A stretch of 64,000 nt of DNA, from NCBI GenBank assembly GCA_017554485.1, contig JAFZIG010000041.1:7128-71127 (forward strand). Reading direction: 5' to 3'. Within the stretch, counting starts at the first letter, position 1; the number at the start of each line of letters is the position of its first letter. The notes beneath the pieces were generated by a model, which saw nothing but the letters and a program-made list of their open reading frames with translations, was not told the origin of the DNA and did no database searches. The stretch is from Acidaminococcaceae bacterium. GTDB taxonomy: Bacteria; Bacillota; Negativicutes; Acidaminococcales; Acidaminococcaceae. This document shows positions 29,832-39,051 of the stretch, in pieces. The position numbers and the translations under genes are program-made.

Positions 29832-29970
29832 AGTTAAGTCACTCCTTTTCTTTGTACCCCATAGGAACAACTATCTTCTTACTGTACCGCTTCTTCCTTT
29901 TGATGTACTTAGAAAATAAGCGAGAAAACGAAACAATAAACTAAGCCGGCCTTGAGATATCCTAAAGTGA

Positions 29971-29998
29971 AGTATACCAAAAATAGAAAACTTGTCAA
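29971..29998 (-). promoter_or_regulatory. sigma-A promoter of the zinc-ribbon gene
   Basis: TTGACA-16nt-TATACT with TG extended -10. Confidence 0.7.
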
Positions 29999-30213
29999 TG
30001 CTAATTTGCAATATTATTGGTTACAATTTTAGTAAAATTTAATAATATAGTACTTTTAGCACTATTTGTTTTAATTCGTGATAACAAAATTGTAAAATCT
30101 GTTACATTTTTCGCTTTGCAACCTGCTTAGGAAAACACGGAACAATTCGCCCGTATGTTTGCCGGCACACTGCATTTAATCAGTATTTCCTTGGCTATAA
30201 GCAGACATAACAA

Positions 30214-30813
30214 TCAGTATTGCGTCAGGTTGGAATAATCCAGCGTGTAAGACCGCCCCCAGTAATAAAAGCAGGTTATGGAAGCATTGCCTACATGCAG
30301 ATGCCAGGAACGGTTCAGATCCAGCCCCAGCATGGTACAAATCAGCACCCGGATAATCCCGCCATGGGCAACAAAGGCCACATCACCTTCCGGATACTGG
30401 TCCAGAATACGCTGTACCTCCGGATAAGCGCGCTGCTGTACCTCAGACATGCTTTCCCCCTCAGGAATCTTTGTTTTGGCAGGACTGGCAAAAAAATCCT
30501 TCCATTCTTTTGCGTACTTTTTCTGGATATTTTTACTGTTCATATTTTCCCAGATACCAAAGCTCATCTCCCGCAGCGCGTCCGTTGTCTGCGGTTCAAG
30601 GCCCTTTGCCCTTCCAATGATTTCTGCCGTGGTCCTGGCGCGTTGCAGGCTGCTGGTGTAAATTGCCTGCAGCGGCACGTCCTTCAGAAAGCGTGCAACT
30701 TTTTCAGCCTGTTCGATTCCTTTCTGATTCAGAGGAATATCCGTCTGGCCCTGAAAACGCAAGGCATTGTTGTAATCGGTTTCCCCGTGACGGATCAGAT
30801 AAAGCTTTGCCAT
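30214..30813 (-). CDS. cobC: alpha-ribazole phosphatase (histidine phosphatase; start revised to 30813)
   Basis: LIRHGET, FGIWE, PEGES, VAHGG; last gene of the cob cluster. Confidence 0.85.
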   Translation of the reverse strand: MAKLYLIRHGETDYNNALRFQGQTDIPLNQKGIEQAEKVARFLKDVPLQAIYTSSLQRARTTAEIIGRAKGLEPQTTDALREMSFGIWENMNSKNIQKKYAKEWKDFFASPAKTKIPEGESMSEVQQRAYPEVQRILDQYPEGDVAFVAHGGIIRVLICTMLGLDLNRSWHLHVGNASITCFYYWGRSYTLDYSNLTQY

Positions 30814-30885
30814 GATTCTCCTCCCTTTCGTTGCTCTGGACAGCAACGTTCTCCTTCCCAAATTATTTGTTCTGTCAGCTTGCCT

Positions 30886-31749
30886 TCAAACAGATTTTTT
30901 CTGTGTTTCCTGAACTTTTAAAGAATAATCTTCTTTTTCATTATGTACGCCGGCTTCTTCAAATGTCTCCATTTCAGCATAGGCCTTGATACCGGCATCG
31001 AACAGGTGCAGACAGGTCAGCGCCCCGATGCCTTCCGAACTGTTCCGCGAAAGGCGTAACGGCGCCTGCAACTGCAGCCTTTGCAATAACTCACTGCAGC
31101 CGGCTTCTGCCGATTCATCACCGGCAAAACAGTACTGTAACACAAACGGATTAAATTTGGCAGCAGCCAGGGCAGCCAGACAGGTAGCCACACCGTCCAG
31201 CATCACAGGCACGCGCATTCCCGCTGCCTGCAGGACAGCTCCTGTCATGGCAGATACAGACGGACACTGCAGCCTTTCCAAAAACAGCAACCCATTTTCT
31301 TCTTCCAGCATGTCCTTCCAGTCCTGTCTCAAATCATTTTCACAGGTCCCAAGGCAGATAAGCCCGGCTTTCTCTTCTCCGATATATTCCCCTGTCAGCA
31401 TAGCACCTTCTTCCAGCAGGTCATATGCCGATTCACCGATGACAAGCAACGGGATAACCATTGCATTGACATAAGCCGCATAGACAGAGATTGCTTTCTT
31501 TTTCAGCATAACAGCTTCAATCTCAGCCGCATGTTTCGCTTCCCCCCACAGCAACAGCAACCGTGTCTCCGGAATTACCACCAATTGCTTATCCGAAGAA
31601 CCGACGATCCCGGCATACCGCGTGGTCATGCTTTCCAACTGGGCAAGGGAACCTACCGGCTTGATCAGGTTGTCAAACCGTTTCTGTGCTGCTTCTAAAA
31701 TTTCTTTGCTTAATGGCTGGATTTTTGTTGCCAGTTCCTCAATATGCAT
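30886..31749 (-). CDS. degenerate CobT paralogue, ArsB-like
   Basis: N-terminal RFDNLIKPVGSLAQLE and C-terminal MLDG..AAL, EGIGA, METFEEA; lacks ADHG, GEMGIGNT and TGRG motifs. Confidence 0.7.
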   Translation of the reverse strand: MHIEELATKIQPLSKEILEAAQKRFDNLIKPVGSLAQLESMTTRYAGIVGSSDKQLVVIPETRLLLLWGEAKHAAEIEAVMLKKKAISVYAAYVNAMVIPLLVIGESAYDLLEEGAMLTGEYIGEEKAGLICLGTCENDLRQDWKDMLEEENGLLFLERLQCPSVSAMTGAVLQAAGMRVPVMLDGVATCLAALAAAKFNPFVLQYCFAGDESAEAGCSELLQRLQLQAPLRLSRNSSEGIGALTCLHLFDAGIKAYAEMETFEEAGVHNEKEDYSLKVQETQKKSV

Positions 31750-31761
31750 GATTCCTGTCCT

Positions 31762-32610
31762 TTACCTGAAATAATAATATGCCAAAAACAATAGGATTAC
31801 ACTACCGCATTCAGTTAAAAAACCGAAAGTGTCGCCTGTCAGTCCGCCCAGATTCCATTTAAGATAGAATGCCAGGACAATGCAGGGAACACAGCTGACA
31901 ATGGCCAGTTTGCACCAGTCAGGACCCAGGAAAAACAGCAGGATTGCCGCAAACAGCACAGCCAGTATCAGATAGGCCGGGCTGCCCCCGGTTTTAAACA
32001 TTTCACCCAGACCTCCGGGCCGGGCGTTAGGAAATGTCAGGATATATACAGCCATTAGTGTCCTGGTAACAATATACATGGAAGCCAGCAGCGGTCCCAG
32101 AACAGCAGGTTGGAACGATCCCAGCAAAGTCACCTTAGCCAGTATCAGGATGATCGCACCGATGACAGCATTGGCGCCCACATGACTGTCCTGCATGATT
32201 TCCAGTTTGCGTTCACGTGTCCGTCCGCTGAAGACGCCGTCCGCTGTATCCATGAAACCGTCATACATCAGGGTCCCAATAAAAAACAGTTCGGCCAGTA
32301 CTAAAAACACACCCATTACATTGCCGGAAAAACCTGCCAGCATACCAAACCGGGCAGCCCCCCACATCAGGGCCCCCATAATCGCACCTACCAGCGGGAA
32401 ATACGGTACGGAACGGGCAAAATCATCCGGGAACCAGACTTCCCGTTTTGTCATCCGTATCCTCGTTAAGAACTCCAGACAGGTAAAGAAATCCCTCAGG
32501 TAACGGAACGGGCCGGAAGAACGTTCCGGCAGCGTAATATTCAACCGGTTCCAGAAACCGGTTTCCACCTCAACTTCTGTTCCTTTGGTTTTCAAATTCT
32601 CATCTGCCAT
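31762..32610 (-). CDS. cobS: adenosylcobinamide-GDP ribazoletransferase (cobalamin synthase)
   Basis: FLTRI, YFPLVG, DGFMDTADG, GGLTGDTFG; multi-TM. Confidence 0.92.
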   Translation of the reverse strand: MADENLKTKGTEVEVETGFWNRLNITLPERSSGPFRYLRDFFTCLEFLTRIRMTKREVWFPDDFARSVPYFPLVGAIMGALMWGAARFGMLAGFSGNVMGVFLVLAELFFIGTLMYDGFMDTADGVFSGRTRERKLEIMQDSHVGANAVIGAIILILAKVTLLGSFQPAVLGPLLASMYIVTRTLMAVYILTFPNARPGGLGEMFKTGGSPAYLILAVLFAAILLFFLGPDWCKLAIVSCVPCIVLAFYLKWNLGGLTGDTFGFLTECGSVILLFLAYYYFR

Positions 32611-32691
32611 GCTGTACTCCTGGTAATGTTTAACGTAAAAATGTGCTGAAGAGAAACTAATCAGGTTTGAAGTTCATTCAGCCCAGAATGC

Positions 32692-33708
32692 TTACGCTCC
32701 TGTAAGTTCCCGATAGGTATCTAATGCAGAACGCAAAATACTGATCGCCAGGGAAGCGCCGGTACCTTCTCCCAGGCGCATGCCCGCATGGACGACAGGC
32801 TTCAGCTGCAGCACCTCCAGCATCTTGCTGGCACTTAAATCAGAAGATAGGTGGGAGCACAGCAAATACTTCGCGCAATTAGGATTGATTCCATAAGCAA
32901 TCAATGCGGCAGCCGTTGCGTTCACGCCGTCTATCATAGTGGGCACATGCCGCGCCGCACCGGCCAGTATCATGCCGGCCAGACCCGCGTGATCGTAACC
33001 GCCGACTTTGCATAACACGTCCATCCCGTCTCCGGGTTTAGGCTTATTCACTTCCAGGCCTTTACGCACAACTTCAGTCTTGATTTTCATCCGTGCATCG
33101 TTGATGCCGCTGCCCCGTCCTGTAGTCAGTTCCGCCGGCAGGTCCAAAAATCCCGCAGCAATGGCAGCGGTTGAAGTGGTATTGGCAATCCCCATCTCGC
33201 CAGTCTCCAGCAGATTGCAGCCGCCGTCTATCGCTTCATCAGCAATCCGCATACCTGTTTCCAGTGCCGCTACGGCCTGCTCATACGTCATGGCCGGTCC
33301 CTGGGTAAAATCATCGGTTCCCCAGGCAATCTTGCATTGCCGCACGTGGGAAAACGACTGCAGATCAAAGTTCGTTCCAACATCTACTACAACCATATCC
33401 GCACCGGCATGACGGGCCATTACGTTAGCGCCCGCGGTACCCCTGCCGTACCCGTTGATCATTTGTAACGTAACTTCCTGAGGAAAAGCGCTGACACCGT
33501 ATTTACAGATACCGTGATCTCCGCACATCAGCAACATCACCGGTCTCAAACCCCGGATGCCCCTTCCGTCCGTCATCATGAGATAATCCGCTGTCAACCC
33601 CGGCAAAATGCCGAAGTCTTCACCCAGCGCCAAGGCAGCTTCCCACTCTTTCAGCACTTCCTTACGAATATTATCATTTGGCACTGAAATATATAAATCT
33701 TCTAACAT
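32692..33708 (-). CDS. cobT: nicotinate-nucleotide:lower-ligand phosphoribosyltransferase CobT, ArsA-like
   Basis: GDHG, VSAFP, GPAMT, GEMGIANTT, TGRGSG, KVGG, MRLGEGTG (catalytic Glu present); lacks the N-terminal KPxGSLG motif. Confidence 0.85.
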   Translation of the reverse strand: MLEDLYISVPNDNIRKEVLKEWEAALALGEDFGILPGLTADYLMMTDGRGIRGLRPVMLLMCGDHGICKYGVSAFPQEVTLQMINGYGRGTAGANVMARHAGADMVVVDVGTNFDLQSFSHVRQCKIAWGTDDFTQGPAMTYEQAVAALETGMRIADEAIDGGCNLLETGEMGIANTTSTAAIAAGFLDLPAELTTGRGSGINDARMKIKTEVVRKGLEVNKPKPGDGMDVLCKVGGYDHAGLAGMILAGAARHVPTMIDGVNATAAALIAYGINPNCAKYLLCSHLSSDLSASKMLEVLQLKPVVHAGMRLGEGTGASLAISILRSALDTYRELTGA

Positions 33709-33777
33709 AGGATGACTCCATTTATTCCAAAACCCTGAACACCATGCCCGGTAAACTGTCTGTGTATCCCGTCTGTT

Positions 33778-34350
33778 TTACGCAAAACGGAACGCTAACC
33801 GCTTGATATCCACAGCCTGCCCAGCCACCACATAAAAAACCTGATCGGCTGCTTCCCCGATCTGCTGGTTCACCCAGCCGGAAATATCCCTGTATTCCCG
33901 GGCCATAGCATTATCCGGCACAATTCCGTTACCCACCTCGTTGGATACAAAGACCACGGTCCTGCCGCAGGCTTTGGCTGCATCCAGCAGTGTGTGCATA
34001 CGTTCCCGTACCACAGCCGCTTTTTCAGCCGTGGTGCCCTGAGGCGCATCTTTACCATATAATATATTGGTCAGATAAAGGGTAATGTCATCAAATAAAA
34101 TAGCATCTGTTCGTTCCCCTGCTTCGGGAAAAACTTTTTCTGCCTGATACGGAGCTTCAAATGTGATCCATCTTTTTCCCCGGCGGGACTGATGCAGCTT
34201 CACACGTTCCGCCATTTCCTCATCCAATATTTCCGCCGTGGCAATATAACCGCAAAGGTTACCCGCATGCAGCACATACTTTTCCGCAAATTCACTTTTC
34301 CCGCTGCGGGCCCCGCCCAGCACCAATACAAGCCTGTTCTCTCCATCCAC
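33778..34350 (-). CDS. cobU: bifunctional adenosylcobinamide kinase / guanylyltransferase (start revised to GTG 34350)
   Basis: GGARSGKS P-loop, YIATA, LHQSRR, SNEVGNGIVP; GGAGG RBS at 34361-34365. Confidence 0.93.
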   Translation of the reverse strand: MDGENRLVLVLGGARSGKSEFAEKYVLHAGNLCGYIATAEILDEEMAERVKLHQSRRGKRWITFEAPYQAEKVFPEAGERTDAILFDDITLYLTNILYGKDAPQGTTAEKAAVVRERMHTLLDAAKACGRTVVFVSNEVGNGIVPDNAMAREYRDISGWVNQQIGEAADQVFYVVAGQAVDIKRLAFRFA

Positions 34351-34367
34351 TGCAGCATATCCTCCTG

Positions 34368-34595
34368 TCACTGGCGCAACGGCACATGCAGATAATAGTC
34401 AATGACCCAGACAAATTGGCCGTTGCTGCGTTTCACCCTGTGCCATTTCATGCCGTCAATTAACGCGGTATTCAACAGTTTGACCTGCTCATTCGGCTCA
34501 AAGGAACCGATGGCCGGATACTCTTTTCCCGCATGCTGCCTGAATTTTACATCCGTTCCTACAACATAAGCTTTTTTAATCTCCGGTTTCCACAT
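34368..34595 (-). CDS. small stand-alone bacterial SH3-domain protein
   Basis: VVGTDVKFRQHAGKEYPAIGSFEPNEQVKLL...WHRVK..NGQFVWV..YYL; GGGAG RBS. Confidence 0.75.
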   Translation of the reverse strand: MWKPEIKKAYVVGTDVKFRQHAGKEYPAIGSFEPNEQVKLLNTALIDGMKWHRVKRSNGQFVWVIDYYLHVPLRQ

Positions 34596-34785
34596 AAAAG
34601 AATCTCCCTGTAAAGAAACTATTTTTTAGAAAATATTTTGTAAACAGTTCATTCTGTCTAAGCATATATACATTTAATTCTGTCACAGGCAATCTCACAA
34701 AAAACGTTTGGCGATTCGTTTCTGATAAAAGATATCATCAAACAACTCAGTTAATTAACTTTAACTATTTTATTATACCATAGAA

Positions 34786-34816
34786 AATGCCCCCTGACTA
34801 TGTGTCAGGAGGCATT
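34786..34816 (-). terminator. terminator after pduO
   Basis: AATGCC(T/C)CCTGAC...GTCAGG(A/G)GGCATT stem followed by TTTT on the minus strand. Confidence 0.7.
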
Positions 34817-34895
34817 AATGATGAAATTCATGTAAAACACAGAGATATTCAGGTTATTGCAATGTTAAATGTACACGAATCAACAAGAATCAACT

Positions 34896-35426
34896 CTATT
34901 TCTTTTCTTCCACGCCAACTTCCGTTTCCACACGGGCCAGGATAAAGCACAGATCTGACAACCGGTTTACACAGATCAGCAGCTGCGGGTTCACCGGTTC
35001 CGCTGAATTCAGACGCAACAGCTGGCGTTCAGCGCGGCGGGTCGTGGTGCGGGCAATATCCAGGGCGCCTGCGCCGGGCGAATCCCCCGGAATAAGAAAA
35101 TGGCTTAAGGGCTGCAGCATCGAATCAAATTTATCGATAGTGCTTTCAAACAGTTTCACATGATCTTCCGTAATGTACGGCTTGGGCAGATTTAAACTTG
35201 CCACGTCAGCCATCATGGACAACAGCAGCTTCTGTACATTAAGAATAGCTTCTTTTACGTCGTCCCGTTTGACCAGCGACCGGGCCAGACCCAGCGCGGA
35301 ATCAACTTCATCCAGGTTGCCGTAGGCTTCTACACGGTCCGAGCACTTGGAAACACGTTCACCGGTATAAAGGCCGGTGGTTCCCTTATCGCCTGTACGG
35401 GTATACACTGCAGCTTTTTTCGACAT
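34896..35426 (-). CDS. pduO: ATP:cob(I)alamin adenosyltransferase, PduO type
   Basis: VYTRTGDKGTTGL, RVEAYGNLDE, ARTTTRRAER, NRLSDLCFILAR. Confidence 0.92.
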   Translation of the reverse strand: MSKKAAVYTRTGDKGTTGLYTGERVSKCSDRVEAYGNLDEVDSALGLARSLVKRDDVKEAILNVQKLLLSMMADVASLNLPKPYITEDHVKLFESTIDKFDSMLQPLSHFLIPGDSPGAGALDIARTTTRRAERQLLRLNSAEPVNPQLLICVNRLSDLCFILARVETEVGVEEKK

Positions 35427-35640
35427 ACTTCATTACCTCCTAACATTATGTTTGTGCCGGTAAAACGGCACGCGGACATGATCTCTGCCATTACTCAAAT
35501 GGTACCTGGGAACCACTGATTAATACATGTTTCCCTAAAACATCACATCCCCGCAGGTTTTAATGAGAGTACGGGGCAAAGGAAACGCTGATAAAACCTT
35601 CCGCACGACAGCACAGACAGGCATTCCAGTATCTCCCAAA

Positions 35641-35674
35641 AAGACCCAGACAAAATGTTAAAGTTTTGTCTGGG
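35641..35674 (-). terminator. terminator after ndk
   Basis: 11-bp stem CCCAGACAAAA/TTTTGTCTGGG followed by TCTTTT. Confidence 0.75.
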
Positions 35675-35684
35675 CCAACAAATC

Positions 35685-36101
35685 TTAATAAATTTCTTCC
35701 GGTTTAAAGAAATTTTTGATTTCCCGTTCCGCAGCTTCCGGGCTGTCGCTGCCATGGATTACGTTTTCGCCTTTATCCAGCGCAAAATCGCCGCGGATGG
35801 AACCAGGTGTGGATTCGATGGGGTCGGTCACGCCCATCATAGTACGGATGGCTTTAATGGCGTTAGGACCTTCCACAATCATGGCTACCAGCGGACCGCC
35901 GGTAATGAAAGCTTCCAGTTCCGGGAAAAACGGTTTATCAACATGCTCTGCATAATGATATTTAGCCTGATCTTTCGTCATAACCAACATCTTCAGCGCG
36001 CAGATCTTTAAACCGCGGCGTTCAAAACGGGCAATGATCTCGCCGATCAAATGCTTGCGTACTCCGTCGGGTTTTACCAATACCAATGATTTCTGATCCA
36101 T
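35685..36101 (-). CDS. ndk: nucleoside diphosphate kinase (start revised to 36101)
   Basis: [32 protein letters not shown]. Confidence 0.97.
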   Translation of the reverse strand: MDQKSLVLVKPDGVRKHLIGEIIARFERRGLKICALKMLVMTKDQAKYHYAEHVDKPFFPELEAFITGGPLVAMIVEGPNAIKAIRTMMGVTDPIESTPGSIRGDFALDKGENVIHGSDSPEAAEREIKNFFKPEEIY

Positions 36102-36247
36102 GTTTTTCTCTCCTTTAAAAATAATATTGCTTTGCAAAATGTATCAATCCGGGCAATAACCCCGGTATGAATCATAATAAATAACTGCTATATCAGGTAA
36201 ATCGCCAGTTTGAAAACCAGGAATAGTAATTATGCTATCAGTTATAA

Positions 36248-37123
36248 TTATTTTTCCAGCTTGCCCTGCCGTTTCATTTCTTCAGCCTGCCTGCGCAGCA
36301 GCGCTACGCGTTCCTCGGTAGAAGGATGAGTGCTGAACAGTTTCTGCATATCCTTTGCGCTGAAAGGACACATAATAAACATATGGGCTGTAGCTTCCGT
36401 GGCATTGCGCATGGTCCGGCGGGTCGAGTACTGAGAAATTTTTTCCAGCGCATCCGCCAGATAATTCGGGTTACCGCACAAGGCACCGCCGCCTTCATCT
36501 GCTTTATACTCGCGGCTGCGGGAAACCGCCATCTGGATCAGGGCTGCCGCAATAGGAGCCAGTATCAGTAACAGGATAGACGCAATGGGATTGCTGTTAT
36601 TCCGGTCACGGCTGCCGCCGCCAAACCATAATGCAAACCGGGAAACCGTAGTAATAACGCCGGCCAGGCTGGCCGCTACGGTACTGATGAGGATGTCACG
36701 GTTTTTAACGTGGGTCATTTCATGGCCCAGCACGCCTTCAATTTCTTTTGGGGAAAGATAATTCATCAATGCCGTGGTAACAGCCACAGCAGCATGCTCC
36801 GGGTTACGGCCGGTTGCAAAGGCGTTAGGCACCTGATCGTCTATGATATACACTTTGGGCATGGGCAGGTTCGCCCGCTCTGCCAGCCGTTTTACAATAC
36901 CGTATAAGGCCGGCGCGGAATTCTCATCCACCTGATGGGCCTTATACTGGGACAACACCATTTTATCACTGTTCCAGTACGTGAAAAAATTCATGGCCAG
37001 GGAAAAGATAAGCATGATCAGCATGCCTTGCTGGCCTCCGGCAAAATCGCCTACCATGACCAGAAGCAGGGTCATCAATGTCATTAAAAACGCTGTTCTC
37101 ATAATAACAAACACACTCCTCAC
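36248..37123 (-). CDS. htpX: zinc metalloprotease HtpX (M48)
   Basis: PNAFATGRNP, HEMTHVKNRD, SRSREYKAD, FSTHP. Confidence 0.95.
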   Translation of the reverse strand: MRSVFVIMRTAFLMTLMTLLLVMVGDFAGGQQGMLIMLIFSLAMNFFTYWNSDKMVLSQYKAHQVDENSAPALYGIVKRLAERANLPMPKVYIIDDQVPNAFATGRNPEHAAVAVTTALMNYLSPKEIEGVLGHEMTHVKNRDILISTVAASLAGVITTVSRFALWFGGGSRDRNNSNPIASILLLILAPIAAALIQMAVSRSREYKADEGGGALCGNPNYLADALEKISQYSTRRTMRNATEATAHMFIMCPFSAKDMQKLFSTHPSTEERVALLRRQAEEMKRQGKLEK

Positions 37124-37245
37124 AACAAATTTATGCCGCTGAACGATCCCTGAAAAGAATGATTATAATTATTTTAAGTTCCCGGCAAAAAGAATTTTTG
37201 GTTATCATTGAGATAATTATCTAAATTATTATAACAGACTTTATC

Positions 37246-37680
37246 CTATTTTTCAATTTCTCCTTTTATGGCCTGCAGCATATCTTCGCTGTTCTCCCTT
37301 ACCTTGCGGATCAGGATGGGGTTCAAAAGTCCGGCGATCATGGGAATGCCGAATTCAAAATCCACAGCCAGGGAAACATTGACACCATCCTCTGTGTCCA
37401 GCAACTCCCAGGCGCCTTCCATCTTTTTCAGGTCCCCTGCAGTCTGCTTATACGTTATCTTAAAAGTTTCCGGGTAAAAGTCATCCCGTTCAGTCCAGAC
37501 GATCTTTCTCCCGTCTACGTTGGAGATCCAGTGGGAAATGTCGTAATTCTCACCTTTCTCCAGCACATCCACGCTGACCAGATTCTTCATAAATTTAGGA
37601 TAGGAGGCCATATCCTGTATCACATCAAATATTTTTTGTTTTTCACCTTTAATCACAATCTCTGACTTTACAAACGGCAT
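37246..37680 (-). CDS. SRPBCC / polyketide-cyclase (START-like) domain protein (start revised to 37680)
   Basis: DMASYPKFM, W.E.D, GDLKKMEGAW, FEFGIP..LLNP; about 145 aa. Confidence 0.85.
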   Translation of the reverse strand: MPFVKSEIVIKGEKQKIFDVIQDMASYPKFMKNLVSVDVLEKGENYDISHWISNVDGRKIVWTERDDFYPETFKITYKQTAGDLKKMEGAWELLDTEDGVNVSLAVDFEFGIPMIAGLLNPILIRKVRENSEDMLQAIKGEIEK

Positions 37681-37769
37681 ACAAATTCCTTCTCTCAAAT
37701 TCAAAAAATAAAGTAACAATCTATGTTAAAAAAGCAAATCAAAAATTATGCACTATGAATGAAACATCC

Positions 37770-39011
37770 TTACAAATCGTCAATGGCGTCTGCAACCTGT
37801 TTAATGCAGCTTTGCAATACTTCCAGCACGTGGTCAACTACAGATATCGGCATGATCAGCGGCGGTTCGATCCGGATCACTTTAGGATTGTTCAGCGTGT
37901 AGGCAACAATGATATGCTGATCAATCATTAAGGCCATCAGCATACCGCCGGCGCCCTCTTTTGCCAAATCCATGCCGATCATCATGCCGCGGCCGCGAAC
38001 CTCTTTGATGACCTGGGGAAATTCTTTGGCAATAGCATCAATACCTTTCTTAAAATAAGCACCTGTTTCCGCGCTGCGCTGCAGCAGGTTCTCTTCTTCT
38101 ATCACCTGCAAAGTCGCCAAACCGGCCGCGCAGGCCATCTGCCCGCCGCCGAAGGTTGAGGTGTGCAGGAAAGGCGCCTCAATCAGTCCCTTCCATGCAG
38201 CTTCCGTACCGATCACGGAACCGATGGGCATGATGCCGCCACCCAAAGCTTTGGCCACCGCCATAAGATCCGGTTTGGCTCCGTCGTAGTCCACTCCGAA
38301 CCAGGTTCCGGTACGGCCGATACCGGTCTGAACCTCATCGGCGATCAGCAGCGCCCCATGCTTATGGGCAATAATTTCCGCCTGCTTCATGTATCCGTCA
38401 GCCGGAACATTGATGCCGCCTTCCCCCTGAACAGGTTCCAGGATCACAGCTGCCGTATCTTTATCCACAGCCGCTTCCAAAGCAGCCACATCGTTATAGG
38501 GAACGTGCACAAATCCATCCAGCAGCGGTTTGAAAGGATCCCGGTACATGTCCCGTCCGGTTGCCGTTAAAGAGCCGAAGGTCTTACCATGAAACGCATT
38601 ATGGGCCGCAACAAACCTTTTGCGTCCGGTAGCCAGCCGTGCCACTTTCAGACAGCCTTCCACCGCTTCCGTACCGCTGTTGCAGAAAAAGTTGTACTGC
38701 AGATCGCCGGGCGTGATCTCAGCCAGCTTTTCCGCCAGCAGAGCAGCCGGTTCGTTAAACAACACCTTGCCGCACATGGGCATGTTGTGTAATTCCCGTT
38801 CCACTGCTTCCACGACCTTCGGATGCTTATGTCCTACCGCAAACATGCCGAAACCGCCCAGGCAGTCAATAAATTCCTTGCCCTCTGTATCGGTTATAGT
38901 CCAACCTTCCGCACGGGCCTCAACGCTTGAAAGTCCCATAAAACGGAACAGCCGTGTGGAAGAAGGATTGATATATTGTTCATATTTCAGCATAATCTCT
39001 TCCGGATTCAT
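37770..39011 (-). CDS. class III PLP aminotransferase, putrescine aminotransferase (PatA)-like (start revised to 39011)
   Basis: IDCLGGFGMFAVGH, FFCNSGTEAVE, AFHGKT, EPVQGEGG, DEVQTGIGRTG, VAKALGGG. Confidence 0.9.
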   Translation of the reverse strand: MNPEEIMLKYEQYINPSSTRLFRFMGLSSVEARAEGWTITDTEGKEFIDCLGGFGMFAVGHKHPKVVEAVERELHNMPMCGKVLFNEPAALLAEKLAEITPGDLQYNFFCNSGTEAVEGCLKVARLATGRKRFVAAHNAFHGKTFGSLTATGRDMYRDPFKPLLDGFVHVPYNDVAALEAAVDKDTAAVILEPVQGEGGINVPADGYMKQAEIIAHKHGALLIADEVQTGIGRTGTWFGVDYDGAKPDLMAVAKALGGGIMPIGSVIGTEAAWKGLIEAPFLHTSTFGGGQMACAAGLATLQVIEEENLLQRSAETGAYFKKGIDAIAKEFPQVIKEVRGRGMMIGMDLAKEGAGGMLMALMIDQHIIVAYTLNNPKVIRIEPPLIMPISVVDHVLEVLQSCIKQVADAIDDL

Positions 39012-39051
39012 AATGCCTCCAAACAAATATAATCTTCTGTTGAATGATTGT

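Noticed and set aside
35427-35640. Possible cobalamin riboswitch upstream of pduO (AGGGAA present), and in the leader at 34596-34770
   Set aside because: The conserved B12-box and GCCACTG/GCAACTG-type elements were not found; only simple hairpins
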